NCBI RefSeq assembly: GCF_001194135.2
Contig: NC_068987.1
Location: forward strand, 55,042,270-55,106,269
Reading direction: 5' to 3'
Source: Octopus bimaculoides
Taxonomy: Eukaryota
Length of the DNA stretch: 64,000 nucleotides
The position numbers and the translations under genes were made by a program. Shown piece by piece: positions 14,870 through 28,110 of this stretch. The notes beneath the pieces were generated by a model, which worked only from the letters and a program-made list of their open reading frames with translations, made no database searches and had not been told where the DNA came from. How positions within the stretch are numbered: the first letter of the stretch is position 1; each line of letters begins with the position of its first letter.

Positions 14870-16860
14870 ATTTTACAAACTGTTCCTTGTGGGACCTATT
14901 TTCAATGACTTTTGCATGGGCTAATGAGCATTAGTTGTCTGTTGTCTATGGAGACACAGGTTAACAATCCTGGTGGGATGCAAACTGCTGTCACTTCAGC
15001 TGATGAGAGGTTAACATTCTATCGACTCAGCAGACTGCAATGTTTTCTTTTTTTTTCTCTCTTAATCATTTTGAAAAACTAAAAACAGTTGCCTTTAAAA
15101 GCAACAAAGTAATTATTTCAGTTCTAAAACATGTGTATACATATTAGAAATTGGAGATCAATACAATCTATGCCAAAAATGAAATAGAGTAAACAGAATG
15201 TTCAGTTGTTAAATGTAAAAAGGTCACATTTTTTCTTTCCCCCCACCACTGATCAAATATTTTTTTTTTTTGTTAACATAAGGTTTCCTCTTTCTTGTTT
15301 GTTATTATTATATTTTTTTATTTCTTTCTAACATTAATATGTTGTTAATTCCATAGCTAACAGCCTTCCCATTTTAGTATGAATTAATTAACCATGCTAT
15401 TGTTTATTTCAGTGGATGATCGATTCTAATTGCTTTATATACTAAGGTGTAGAATAAAATAAAAATTTTTTTTTAAATTGTATTTCTTTATAACTATTGT
15501 TTCCTCTTGTGTGTGTGTGTGTGTGTGTGTGTGGTTATGTGATTACTCAGAGGGTAAAGTTGATGGTATGTTGGGAAGATCTGTTATGTTTTGTTTGTAA
15601 TGAATTAATTCCCAAGCTACAGTTGATGTACAATTTAATCAAAATAGAATGCAGTATTTCTCTCTCTCTCTCTCCCCCTCCCTCAACCATTTGTTTGTTT
15701 TTCTGTCACTTATACAATTTGCAAAAGTTGTGTTATTCACACACACACACACACACACACACTCTTCTGCTCACAATGCTGTCACAATATACTCTTACTA
15801 CACCACACTATATCAATGACTATTATATCTCTTTACTCTTGCATAGACAAATACAGTCTCTTCAATAAATTCCAACAGATTTTTTTTTTTTTTCCATTGC
15901 TGAGTTTGGATGAAAGGGAAGAGCCCATGACTTGCAAATCCTCTGAGACTGATGCCATTTAAGCCCAGAATTGAAAGAGATGGAACAAATGCTGCTAAGC
16001 ATTTTTGTCCTGTGTGGTGACAGTACTACCAGCTCATCACCTTTTATATATCGTGGCTGTGTGGTAAGAAGCTTGTTTCCCAACCATATAGTTCCAGGTT
16101 CAGTTCCACTGCATGGCACCTTGGCCAAGTGGTTTTTACTGTAGCCTTAGGCTGACCAATAGCCATGGTCAGTTTTTTACTATAGCCTTAGGCTGACCAC
16201 ACCATGGGAGTGGATTTGGTAGAAACTGAAAGAAGCCAATTTTGTGTCTGTCCATCTGTCCACCGCCATCACTTGATAACCGGTGTTGATGTGTTTACGC
16301 TCCCATAACTTAGCAGTTCAGCAAAAGAGACTGATAATTAACAACCAGGCTTAAAAAAAAAAGAAGAAAGAAAAGTTCAAGGTTGGTGCCCCAGCATAGC
16401 TACAGTCTCTTGATTGAAACCAGTAAAAGATAAAAGATATACATATGTATATAGATATATAAAGTATGTTGTTGGTAACAAAAGTACTTAAGTTTCATGC
16501 CATGAAAGCAAATGTTCTGATATTCCCTAGTGATTTTAGCTTACAGTTATTGTCTTGGCAATCATCAGTTTTGTTCGTCAATGTAACTATAACCCAAATT
16601 ACCTTGGTATAAGCTGGACATTTGCCCCCATGGCACAAAACTTTGTTTATTAGTAACAATATAGTGTGTACACACGCACACACACATCAATAATTCTCAT
16701 AATTATTGAGTGCATATTTTGCCAAGCTTATCAACAAAAGAATAGTTAGTTTCCCAACCACATGGTTCCACTGTATGGCACTTTTGGCAAGTGTCTTCTA
16801 TTATGGCCCCCAAACCAACCAAAGCCTTGTGAATGTATTTGGAAACTGGAAAAAGCTCAT

Positions 16861-16937
<77 letters not shown>

Positions 16938-17183
16938 TTGAATGTGTCTTTGCCTCTGTGATTGTAACCTACTACTGCTTGACAACCAGTACCAGTTTGT
17001 TTACATCCTTGTAACTTAGTGGTTTGGCAAAAGAGACTGATAGAATAAGTGACAGGCTTTTAAAAAATAAGTACTGGAGTCAATTCAGTCGACTAAAAAC
17101 TCTTCAAAGTGGTGTCCCAGCAAGACCACACTCAAATGACCAAAAAGTGAAATTGTAAGATACCACACGAGTGGAAATATATA

Positions 17184-17424
17184 TGAAAGAAGGTTTGAAA
17201 ATGCAATTTTAAAGATATTTATTCACTTTACCGGTTTCACTTTTTTAGAAAAAGATTGTCAAAATATAAAGCTTTATATAAGCTTTGTAGTGTTAAGTAC
17301 AGGTTGTCACAAAAGTATTAAAATACAACCTGTACTTAACGCTACAAAGCTTATATAAAGCTTTATATTTTACTTTTGACAATCTTTTTCTAAAAAAGTG
17401 AAACCATTTGCAAACCTTCTTTCA
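17184..17424. repeat. Fold-back (palindromic MITE-like) element
   Basis: Inner arms 17233-17307 and 17325-17405 are complementary except for one 6-nt indel and one T/G position, around a 17-nt spacer. Outer arms 17184-17203 and 17405-17424 differ at 1 position. Confidence 0.9.
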
Positions 17425-17428
17425 GATG

Positions 17429-17479
<51 letters not shown>

Positions 17480-18448
17480 TGGTGGCACATAAAAAGTACC
17501 CAGCACACTCTGTTAAGTGGTTGGCATTAGGCGGGGCATCTAGCTGTAGAAAACATGCCTCAACAGACAACGGGAGTCTGGACAGCTCTGTACTAGCCAG
17601 CTTCATGTCAAACCATCCAGCCCATGCCAGCATGGAAAGTAGGCATTAAACAATGATGATGATAATGATGCACGGTTATAGTTCTGTGATTATAAATATT
17701 GCTTTTCCTCTACGTGATTCCAGGTTTGGTCCTACTGTGTGGCACCTTGAACAAAGATCTTCTACTATAACAACAATGGGCTGATCATTGCCTTGGTAGA
17801 CAGAAACTTGGAAGCCCATCTTAACACCATATATGTGTATGTGTGAGAAAACTATTTCAATGCAATCTCATTTACGCCACTTGATGAAAACTATGTCTTT
17901 GTATATATTCTCAGATATGCAAAATCTCTCATTGCTTCAGCTTTTGGTGTAGTAGGATCAAAGGAATGAAAATATTTCAGTTAGAAAAGAGTAAAGAGTT
18001 GATAACAAAAAGAACATCCAGCTTCAACATGCCTGGAAAATATATATATGAAAATGAATAAGAGTGTGTGTGTGAGAGAGAGAGTAAGTGAGTATGTGTG
18101 TATAAGGTGAATATATAGGGATAGATTATCCAGGCAGGTACCGCAATAGCTCTCAGGTATAATCCAGGTTTTGGCTAACCACATCTAATAGTAATAAACA
18201 TCAATGATTGTTTAGTATGAGCAATTCTTTTGATGGCTAACTCTGTGTTTACTTCATTGGGTTGCATATGCAATTGCACATACTGTGCAGTAGAAATACT
18301 TGTCAGTCATTTTAACCAACCAATTATGCCATATGACTGACTGTAAAATTAAAAGAAAAGTTTTACGATGTATCAGTCTCTTGTGTTCTTTGTAATTATT
18401 TGATTGGTGTATATATATAAATAAATGTGTGTCTCTCCGCCTCCTCTA

Positions 18449-18487
<39 letters not shown>

Positions 18488-18630
18488 AATGAATGCATAG
18501 ACATATTTGGTTAAGAAGTTGGCTTCAACCATGTGATTTCAGGTTCATTCCCACTGCACAGCACTGTTCTAGCTATGGGCCAATGAAATCCTTGTTAGTG
18601 GATTTGGTAGATGGAAACTAAAACAAACTG

Positions 18631-18699
<69 letters not shown>

Positions 18700-19033
18700 G
18701 TATGCGTATGTGTGTCCTTGATATCATGTGGTAGTTCTAAACAACCATTACCATACTGGTACGTCATTTGTGTTCTGTCTTCTGTGAAAGACACGTCCAG
18801 CCATGAGAAAATATTACATTGCTTGGAAACAGGAAGTCTACAGTCTTAGAAATTCTACTTCAATGAACTTTGTCTGGTCCATCTAAGCATAGAAAGTGAC
18901 TGTGATTGTGATGATGATGCTGAGGATAATGGTGGTGATCACTGTGTCATCTTTTGCTCGTTTCAGTCATTGGCCATGCTGGGGCAGAGCCTTGAAGGGT
19001 TTTTGTGAAATGAAATGACCCCAGTATTTACTG

Positions 19034-19750
19034 GAGATCAGCAGGCAAGTTGGACAAGCATCCTTCACATTTGCCATGCTGACAAAGAGAATCTGAGAGA
19101 AGAGAAAACTAACTCCAAACACCAAGATTGTTGTCTACAAGGCATGTGTCCTTAACATACTACTTTATGGCAGTGAGATACAGAACCTCTACTCCAGATA
19201 GGATCAGCGCCTCAATGTCTTACACCTTTGTAGCCTGGGATGCATTTTGGATGTCAAGTGAACTGGTCAAGTCAGCAATACTGAAGTTCTCAATTGTGCC
19301 AAGATACCTGGCATATTCACCTTTCTCCAGCAGTGCCATCTGCACTGGGTTGGTTACATATATTGTTTGCCAGATGGGAGTATCCTAAAAGACCTCCTGT
19401 ATGGGCAACTGGAGACTGGCACAAGAACACAAGGACAGCCTCATCTTCATTTCAAGAATGTTTGCAAGAGAGATCTGGACATCCTGAGATGGCAAGAGGT
19501 CGTGAATGATTGCCTACAAGAGGATGGAGCAAGAGGAAGAGAAACTAAAATTTGCCACCGAAGAAAAGGCCACTTGAAGAAAGGAAAACTCATTCACACC
19601 CATAGAAAGCATCTTCAAGTGCAATCACTGCATGCAAGATTGCTGCTCCTATGTGGGCCTGTACTGCCACTGCAGACATTGCACTGCCGTCAGCAGCTGA
19701 CACAAAACTATCCAGGTACAGATCCATGGTCTTATGATCACGATAAATGC
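19034..19750 (+). mobile_element. 5'-truncated RTE-clade LINE, 3' end of ORF2 plus tail, inserted inside a minus-strand SINE (about 18950-19940)
   Basis: Decayed translation ..KLTPNTKIVVYKACVLNILLYGSE..LHWVGYIYCLPDGSILKDLLYGQLETGTRTQGQPHLHFKNVCKRDL.. is typical of the post-RT region of RTE/BovB-like ORF2. It ends in ..ATCCATGGTC.. SINE tail and head halves flank it on either side. Confidence 0.85.
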
Positions 19751-20370
19751 TCACGCATACACAAGCACACACGCAGATAATGGTGTCATTTCAGTTTCTA
19801 CCTGCCAAATCTACTATCAAGGCATTGGTCAGCCCAGGGTTATAGAAGACACTTGTCTAAGATGCCACACAGTTGAACTGAACCCAAAACCATGTGGTTA
19901 GGAAGCAAACATCTTACGACAAAGCCATACCTGCACCTGTAATGGATCTTTCTCTCTTTGAGGCCAAATTTCTTTTCATTAGCTTATTTGCCTTTTCAGC
20001 TGTGACCCTGTCATAGATCTGTATGACCATAGTTGGCTAGGACTACATACATTTCAACAGATGGTGGGGAAACTATTCCACTACTTCATACTGCTATTAA
20101 TGCCATCTTTCATGTTGTATACTTAAACTATCACGAAAATATTCTATACTCAATAAAACAGACTTAGTTGATTTTGTGGTCTTTGATCCAAGAAGGCAGT
20201 TTTTTTTGTTTTTTTTTATCAATTCTCTCAGGCTTTTACTTTTACATAAATGGATTTACAGAAAAAGCCAGAAAAATCTATATATAAATAAAAAGCAACC
20301 AAAAAGAATCTGATTGGTCTTCTATAAACTTCATTTGTTTTATTTTGCGTATATATATATATATATATAA

Positions 20371-20407
<37 letters not shown>

Positions 20408-20613
20408 NNNNNNNNNNNNNNNNNNNNNNNNNNNNNNNNNNNNNNNNNNNNNNNNNNNNNNNNNNNNNNNNNNNNNNNNNNNNNNNNNNNNNNNNNNNNN
20501 NNNNNNNNNNNNNNNNNNNNNNNNNNNNNNNNNNNNNNNNNNNNNNNNNNNNNNNNNNNNNNNNNNNNNNNNNNNNNNNNNNNNNNNNNNNNNNNNNNNN
20601 NNNNNNNNNNNNN

Positions 20614-20683
<70 letters not shown>

Positions 20684-21950
20684 ACATATATATACATAGG
20701 CATACATACATTTTTTTAATATTTTTCTGGTGTGATTATAGCTGATCCGACACATTTACTTTATTCGTGCAAATTTTACCAAGTCATGAGATAGATCAAT
20801 ATTCAAAATAGCTGGAATATTTATGCTATGAATTAAGGAATTTTAATGTCAAAATGTGTTAGAAATTCTCTTTGACATAAGAAATCTGTGTGTGTGCCTC
20901 TGTGTGTATATGCACACACATACACACACATTCATACCTATGTACATGTAGTCATAGTTATATGTATGTAGGCTACATACAAAGACTTATTCGTATGTAT
21001 GTATATATATCTACATACATACCCACATGTACTTAGAAAGACGTGCACATACATGTATGCATATATATATATATATATATATAATTTTATGTAAGCAGTT
21101 CTGATCATTTAACTAGCATAATTTTCTGTGCATCATTGACTGCCTATTAAATCTTCATGGTGCCATTTTACCATTTTAGTCTGCAGAAAGAAGTAGCACT
21201 GACTTGTAGATCAGAAGAATAATTATAGTAATTTCCATTTCCATAGCATCATCAGTAATTTCATATTTTATTGAGTGATATAAATATTTTAGTATCCAAT
21301 GTTTCTGCCAACAGGTAGCTAATGTTAAAATATGGATTTTTTTTTCTCCTTCTCCGGTGATATTGAGAGAGAGAGAGAGAGAAAAGAAATATAGAAAGAA
21401 TTAAAAGAACATGAAAATGATGAAGTTAATATATTTTGTCAGTGCCAACTTTTTATTTCTAGTAAGGCATGGAAAACATTTACATAAAAATTTATATACA
21501 TTGATGTACTCTCTCCATAGTTCAGCTATAAAATAAATAACATTCAGTAGAATTGCTGTGCATAGTTTGTTGAACTGCAGAACCTTATGCATTGTCTGAA
21601 TCTTTCTGCATTGACACAAGCAGGTCGACACCATCATCATCATTTTAACTTCCACTTTTCCATGCTTGCATGGGTCAGATGGAATTTGTTGAAACAAATT
21701 TTCAATGACCAGATAACCTCCCTTTTTGGCAACCTTCATATTTCCTAGCAAGGTAATATTTTTTTCCCCATGACCATGTAAGATTGGAAATGGATGACAC
21801 TGCTTGTATGATGATGATGATGCTTGGCTGGAGACATGTGCGCACACACACAATTGCCTCTGCGTACATGNNNNNNNNNNNNNNNNNNNNNNNNNNNNNN
21901 NNNNNNNNNNNNNNNNNNNNNNNNNNNNNNNNNNNNNNNNNNNNNNNNNN

Positions 21951-21987
<37 letters not shown>

Positions 21988-23191
21988 CATGTTGAACCTT
22001 TAACCCCTACACATTTTTTTATCACTCCATTTTTTCTGCTCTCTCTCTCTCTCTCCATTTTTTTCCCCTCTCGATCTTTCCTGTCAAAGAGCATAGGCTT
22101 AAAACATGAAAAAGACTTCTCCATTCTTTCTGAGCATTAAACTAATACACCTACTTGTTTTTCCTTCACCTGTCTTCATCTTTAGTTTTCTGTAAATTTG
22201 CACTATATATATATCTATCTATATCTATATATGAGATCTGTTTCCTCTATTTATAAGGCTTAGGTTAGTTCAGGACCATAGTGGAAAATGTCAAAGGTGC
22301 CAAGCAGTGAGACTCAACCCTAAACCACATGGTTCAGAAACAAATGTCTTTGTCACACAGCTATGATTAAGCCTCTTTCTGTCTACCTCATGTGGCTTTC
22401 TTCAATCTGGGCTTTTAGTAGAAGTGTCATGCAGTAGGTCTGAACTCAAAATTACATAGATAGGAAATAAACATCTTAACCACATAGTCATGTCTTTGAA
22501 AAATTGAATCCAGAATATGCAATCTTGAATTTCTACTATTATAGGTACAGACATGGACATATAGTTAAAAGGTTTCAGTCCTGCTGTCCTGTTGTCTGTA
22601 CAGCACCATGGGCCTGTGTCTTCTTTTGCTCTTGTATCAGGTTGACCAAAGCCTTGTGAGTGAAATTTGATAAATGAGAACTGTGTGGAAGTTTGTCAAA
22701 GATGTGTATTTGTGTTCATGTATGTGTAGGTATATGTGTATGTTTATATATAGACACAGGCGTGGTTGTGTGGTAAGAAGTTTGCTTCCCAACCATATGG
22801 TTCTGGGTTTAGTCCCACTGCATAGCACCTTGGGCAAGTGTTCTCTACTATAACCTTGAGTGGATTTGGTAGATGAAAACTACCAAAGAAGCCCATCGTA
22901 TATATATGTGTGTGTGTGTGTGTTTGTATCTATGTTTGTCTCCCTACCATCACTTAACAACTGATGTTGGTGTGTTTACGTACCCATTTGTTAGTGGTCT
23001 GGTAAAAGAGGTTGATAGAAGAAGTACTAGGCTTACAAAGAATAAATCCTGGGGTCGATTTCTTTGACTAGAAAACTTTTGATGGTGGTGCTACAGCATG
23101 ACTGCTGTCAAATGACTGAAACAAGTAAAGAAATATATATAATATCATTGAAGAAATAGAGCCAACAAGAAGTACGGTTAGATAGCTATTT

Positions 23192-23303
23192 AATAAACAT
23201 TACACATGTTTCGATACAACCTAGATCCACATATAAACAGAATTTTAAGTAAACAAGTTTACCTGTATAATGGGATCCAGTTGTATCTCCTCAGGTGATA
23301 TAT
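23192..23303 (-). ncRNA. Hammerhead-like motif with long stem II in a Penelope-like fragment (about 23150-23345); stem I decayed
   Basis: Minus strand: CTGAGGA, stem II GATACAAC(TGGATCC)/(GGATCTAG)GTTGTATC, GAAA, AC-[ATGT]-GT with palindromic ACATGT, triplet GTA, then ATTAAA. Stem I pairs poorly. Confidence 0.6.
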
Positions 23304-23408
23304 AATTGCTGCCCCATTAGACCTTTTGATTTCGATGCTAACACATGTATATATGTTTACAGTAATACTTCTGTTAGCTCACTGGATATGTTCCTTAACC
23401 CTTTAGCT

Positions 23409-23664
23409 CAGTGGTTCCCAATCATTTTTTACTTATGGACCCTTTTGATTCTTATTTAACTCTAATGGACCCCCAAAGTTATTTGATATTTTAAGAAATT
23501 CTATTTTATTTTTATAATTAAATATTAGGAATTGTGTATAAAAAAAATTGTTGGAATATTTTATGTATTGTAAAAGAGTGAGCAATTTATTGCGCATAAA
23601 TTTTAACAACATAATCTTATATTTGACACTCAAGGGTCATGTGGACCCTGGCTGAGAACCACTG
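23409..23664. mobile_element. hAT (Charlie-type) MITE, 256 bp
   Basis: TIRs CAGTGGTTCCCAA / CTGAGAACCACTG, with a perfect 8-bp TSD CTTTAGCT at 23401-23408 and 23665-23672. Confidence 0.93.
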
Positions 23665-23820
23665 CTTTAGCTCTTAAACTGGGAAAATCTGGCCTCTCAC
23701 TCCTACCCTACAATATCATTTTAAAAATAATCACAGCATCATTGAAATCACAAAACTAAAAAAATAATACTTGATTAATTAGAAACAATGTGAAGAAATA
23801 AGCATTATACTTGACTGTAT

Positions 23821-24143
23821 GACGGTGCATGACTCAGTGGCGAGAGCATCGGGTTCACAATCATGAGGTAGTGAATTCGATTCCCAGACTGGGCTGTGTT
23901 GTGTTCTTGTGCAAGACACTTTATTTCATGTTGCTCCAGTCCACTCAGCTGTAGGAATGCAGTTGTGATGCCACTGGTACCAAGCTGTATCTGCCTTTCC
24001 CTTGAATAACATTGGTGGTGTGGAGAGGGGAGGCTGGTATGCATTGGTCTTCCATAAATCTTGCCTGGACTTCTGTGTCAGAGTTTAACTTTCTAGGTGC
24101 AATCCCATGGTCATTCATGACTGAAGGAGGTCTTTATCCTTTT
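23821..24143 (+). mobile_element. tRNA-headed CORE-type SINE, full length
   Basis: A-box TGACTCAGTGG, B-box GAATTCGATTCCC, CORE-like TTGTGCAAGACACTTTATTTCATGTTGCTCCAGTCCACTCAGCTG, and a 16-bp TSD TTATACTTGACTGTAT at 23805-23820 and 24144-24159. Confidence 0.88.
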
Positions 24144-25341
24144 TTATACTTGACTGTATCTAAATGTTAAAGGGTTAACCCATTACCTCCCCTAATTTTA
24201 TTAACTGGAATTTTTTTTTATGAAACTTTGATTTCTAGCATAAAATAGCCTTAGAAACATGCTGGAACGATCAAAATAACATTTCTAAATAACATTTTAA
24301 ATAGAAATAAGTGAGATATTGGGTGAAAAATTAGCAAACTTCATTTGAATATCAGAGAAATATACCTAGTAGATATAGCAAAAAGGTTAGATATGTGTAA
24401 ATATTGACAGATAATTACAAAATTTGTAATTTTTAAGTGATATCATATGAGATCACTGGCAGGTAATGGGTTAAACAAGTGGTGAAGGGTAAGCTAAGCA
24501 CTAANNNNNNNNNNNNNNNNNNNNNNNNNNNNNNNNNNNNNNNNNNNNNNNNNNNNNNNNNNNNNNNNNNNNNNNNNNNNNNNNNNNNNNNNNNNNNNNN
24601 NNNNNNNNNNNNNNNNNNNNNNNNNNNNNNNNNNNNNNNNNNNNNNNNNNNNNNNNNNNNNNNNNNNNNNNNNNNNNNNNNNNNNNNNNNNNNNNNNNNN
24701 NNNNNNNNNNNNNNNNNNNNNNNNNNNNNNNNNNNNNNNNNNNNNNNNNNNNNNNNNNNNNNNNNNNNNNNNNNNNNNNNNNNNNNNNNNNNNNNNNNNN
24801 NNNNNNNNNNNNNNNNNNNNNNNNNNNNNNNNNNNNNNNNNNNNNNNNNNNNNNNNNNNNNNNNNNNNNNNNNNNNNNNNNNNNNNNNNNNNNNNNNNNN
24901 NNNNNNNNNNNNNNNNNNNNNNNNNNNNNNNNNNNNNNNNNNNNNNNNNNNNNNNNNNNNNNNNNNNNNNNNNNNNNNNNNNNNNNNNNNNNNNNNNNNN
25001 NNNNNNNNNNNNNNNNNNNNNNNNNNNNNNNNNNNNNNNNNNNNNNNNNNNNNNNNNNNNNNNNNNNNNNNNNNNNNNNNNNNNNNNNNNNNNNNNNNNN
25101 NNNNNNNNNNNNNNNNNNNNNNNNNNNNNNNNNNNNNNNNNNNNNNNNNNNNNNNNNNNNNNNNNNNNNNNNNNNNNNNNNNNNNNNNNNNNNNNNNNNN
25201 NNNNNNNNNNNNNNNNNNNNNNNNNNNNNNNNNNNNNNNNNNNNNNNNNNNNNNNNNNNNNNNNNNNNNNNNNNNNNNNNNNNNNNNNNNNNNNNNNNNN
25301 NNNNNNNNNNNNNNNNNNNNNNNNNNNNNNNNNTATATATA

Positions 25342-26598
25342 TTGGGTCATCCCGTAAATAATGTGGTTTTTTCAATTGCATGAAATGAAAGTTAGAGGGG
25401 GATGGGATAAACTACCTGCATCAACTTGCTATAAAAGCAGGTAGTAATTTTACCTTGTATTTATTCTTAGTGAGAGTTTTGAAGAGTGCAATTCGATTTT
25501 AAGTTATTTTTCGAAGCTACAATGGGAGTGACAAAGAAGCGTATTTGGCATATTTTACTTTATAAGTTCAATTAAGGCAACAATGCAACTGACAGAAAGT
25601 GCAAGGAATATTAATGCAGTATATGAGAACCAGACAATACATGTAAGCTAGTGTCACCAGTAGTTCCAGAAATTCTAAGCCGGAAACTACAGCCTAGAAG
25701 ACGAGCCTGATCTGTGGAGCTCAATGAGGATGTCCTGCAAACCCTGGTGGAACTAAATCCGATAGTAGATGTTGAGGAACTAGCATAGAAACTCTGATTT
25801 GGTCATTCAACCATTCATCAACATCTGCGTGCCATTAGAAATGTCAGCAAATTGGCTTCTATGGATTCCTCACAAACTTTCCAAGTCTCATCATGTGCAG
25901 AGAGTGAATGTGTGCTATTCTTTGCCGTCACATCTCATGAATTAACCTTTTTTTGGACCAAATAGTGGCTGGTGATGAGATGTGGGTTCTCAGTAAAAAC
26001 ATCAAGTGCCAAAGACAGTGGGTAGGGAAAGGAGAAACACTAACACTCCAAGCTAAAGGAGGTATTCACCTATGTAAGGTATCTGTTTAGTGAGATATGA
26101 AAAGTTTAGTCCACTTTGAACTTTTAAACCCAAACCAACAACTGTGACTAGCTTGAGTGGCTTAAGTCAGCGCTAGAAGAAAAATGACCATCTTTGGTTT
26201 CAAGATGAAAGGTGTTCTTCCATTAGGATAATGCTCAGCCACATAAAGTGAGGATGACATTCCAAAGGCTGGAGCAGTTTGAATGGGAAACGATGCCCCA
26301 CCCAACATATTCGGCGGACATTGCTCCATCTGATTATCATTTATTCCGCAGTCTTCAAAATCATTTGGATGGAAAAACTATGAATTCTGTAGACAAGGTC
26401 AGAACAGTACTGGAGGAATATTTTTCATCAGGGACAAGTGAATTTTGGAAGAGGGGCCTTGCAAACCTACCAGATAGATGGAAGAGCATTGTAGAAAATG
26501 AAGGAGAGTATATTTTAGATTAAAAAAGAACTTTGTTTATCTTAATTTTGAAAAATAAACGAAGTATAAAAAGCTGCATTATTTATGAGATGACCCAA
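25342..26598 (+). mobile_element. Full-length decayed Tc1/mariner (DD34D mariner) DNA transposon, about 1.26 kb
   Basis: TIRs TTGGGTCATCCCGTAAATAATG (25342-) and CATTATTTATGAGATGACCCAA (-26598), with TA at the left flank and AA then TA at the right. An internal transposase relic is present. Confidence 0.93.
25522..26523 (+). pseudogene. Mariner transposase pseudogene (stops and frameshifts)
   Basis: N-terminus ..RIWHILLYKFN*GNNA.., then IVAGDEMWVL (D1), FFH*DNAQPH (D2) and YSADIAPSDYHLFRSLQNHL (D3). I count 34 residues between D2 and D3. The C-terminus is RWKSIVENEGEYILD*. Confidence 0.9.
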
Positions 26599-27829
26599 AA
26601 TATTTGTATCTATATATTTATATCTTTGTATCTGTTTTTGTCACTCTCACCATTGCTTGACAACCAGTGTTGGTGTATTTATGTTCCTGTAACTTAGCAG
26701 TTCAGCAAAAGCGACCAATAAAATAAGTGCTAGGCTTACAAAGAATAAGTCATGGGGTTGATTTCTTCAACTAAAAAACCCTAGTGCTCCAGCATGTCTG
26801 CAGTCAAATGACTGAAACCAGTAAAAGAACATATTATTGCCTTTATGATTTCAAGGATGTAACTGTTTATATTTAAAATGATATTGCGTGAAGTATGAGA
26901 GGCCAGATCTGTCTGATTTGAACATAGAAACAGGTAGAATATTTGGGCTGGACATCGCCAGTTTAATTGCTAATGGGTAAATGTCTGCTGCATTTGATTG
27001 GGTCTTCTCTCATGAAGCAATTCACAGTTTCAGGGTATTGTGTTCACAATATCTTCATTTTATAACTTTATGTGAAACTGAGCTCACATACTCCTGCATG
27101 TGCTCCCTTACTTATTCTTCCCCTTTCACTTGTTCTTTCATTAGCTCCCTCCACTGTACATGTTCGCTCATTCATCCTCATATACTTCACACCTGTACTC
27201 CTTCATGCTAACTTGGACTTTCCTTATAAGTTAGCTATTAATGGCTGCCCTTGTCAATTGCACCATGTTAGTGTAGAATACTGTGACTAAAACAATTCCT
27301 AGTTCAATTATTTTGATTCTGAGATCAACAAATTACTATATTTGCTGGTGTATACAACTCATGCCTTTTTTTACAAGAATTCTTTATAGAACAAACAAAT
27401 TTATATGCTTTGTCATACTCCTATTGAAAGATATTGAATGTGGTTTTGCATGGGAAAATGTTTTATTCTGTTCATGTAAATATATTGTTACAATACACTA
27501 GAATAAAACATAAAGCCATACAATTACTGTCTCAACTTGATATTCTTTCAGATCACCTGTATAGTTTTCTATATTTTTGGTCTAGCAAATTGCTATGCAG
27601 GATGTAAAAACTCATATTATGGGCTGTGATATTTGTAAATGCGGTAAGCCACCAGGATAATGTACCACTGCTATGTATGGTTTTGTTGTCAGCTACTGTG
27701 GCTGGGCCTCTCTGTTCCATATTGATTTTGTCAGCTATCAGTAAACCTACAGAATTCAAGAATCTTCATTTGTGAAACCAAATGTTGATGATTCCTTGAC
27801 CTAAGTAAACCTTTGCGCTTATAAGAATT

Positions 27830-28076
27830 ATCATTGTCATCATTTTAATGCCCACTTTTCCATGCTTGCATATGTTGGGTGGAATTTATTGAAGCAGATT
27901 TCTATGGTCAGATGCTGTTCTTGTTGCCAACCTTCACCTATTTCCAATGAAGATATTTCCCCATGACTGGACATGTTTTCATAGAAGATTGGAAACGGAC
28001 GCCACTTCCATGATGATGACACTTGCTTACAACTATCATGCAGTGTCAAAGCAAAGAAAGAGAATTGCACATGCGT

Positions 28077-28110
<34 letters not shown>

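Larger units (their letters stand above)
23399..24174. mobile_element. TTAA-flanked piggyBac-type MITE (family A) hosting a hAT MITE and a SINE; other copies at about 1360-1557, 2373-2602, 3470-3610, 10384-10931 (interrupted) and 26830-26980
   Basis: TTAA|CCCTTTAGC ... GTTAAAGGG|TTAA. The internal sequence (AATGCTTATTTxTTCACATTG, TTGTAGGGTAGGxGTGAGAGG) recurs in the other copies. The piggyBac assignment rests only on TTAA flanks and CCC/GGG ends. Confidence 0.75.

Noticed and set aside
14998-15035. CTGATGAG motif on the + strand
   Set aside because: No GAAA or stem II partner follows, so it is not a hammerhead.
17225-17245. GAAACCGGTA (minus strand) as a hammerhead 3' half
   Set aside because: No CUGANGA with a compatible stem II lies upstream. 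It is kept only as part of the fold-back finding.
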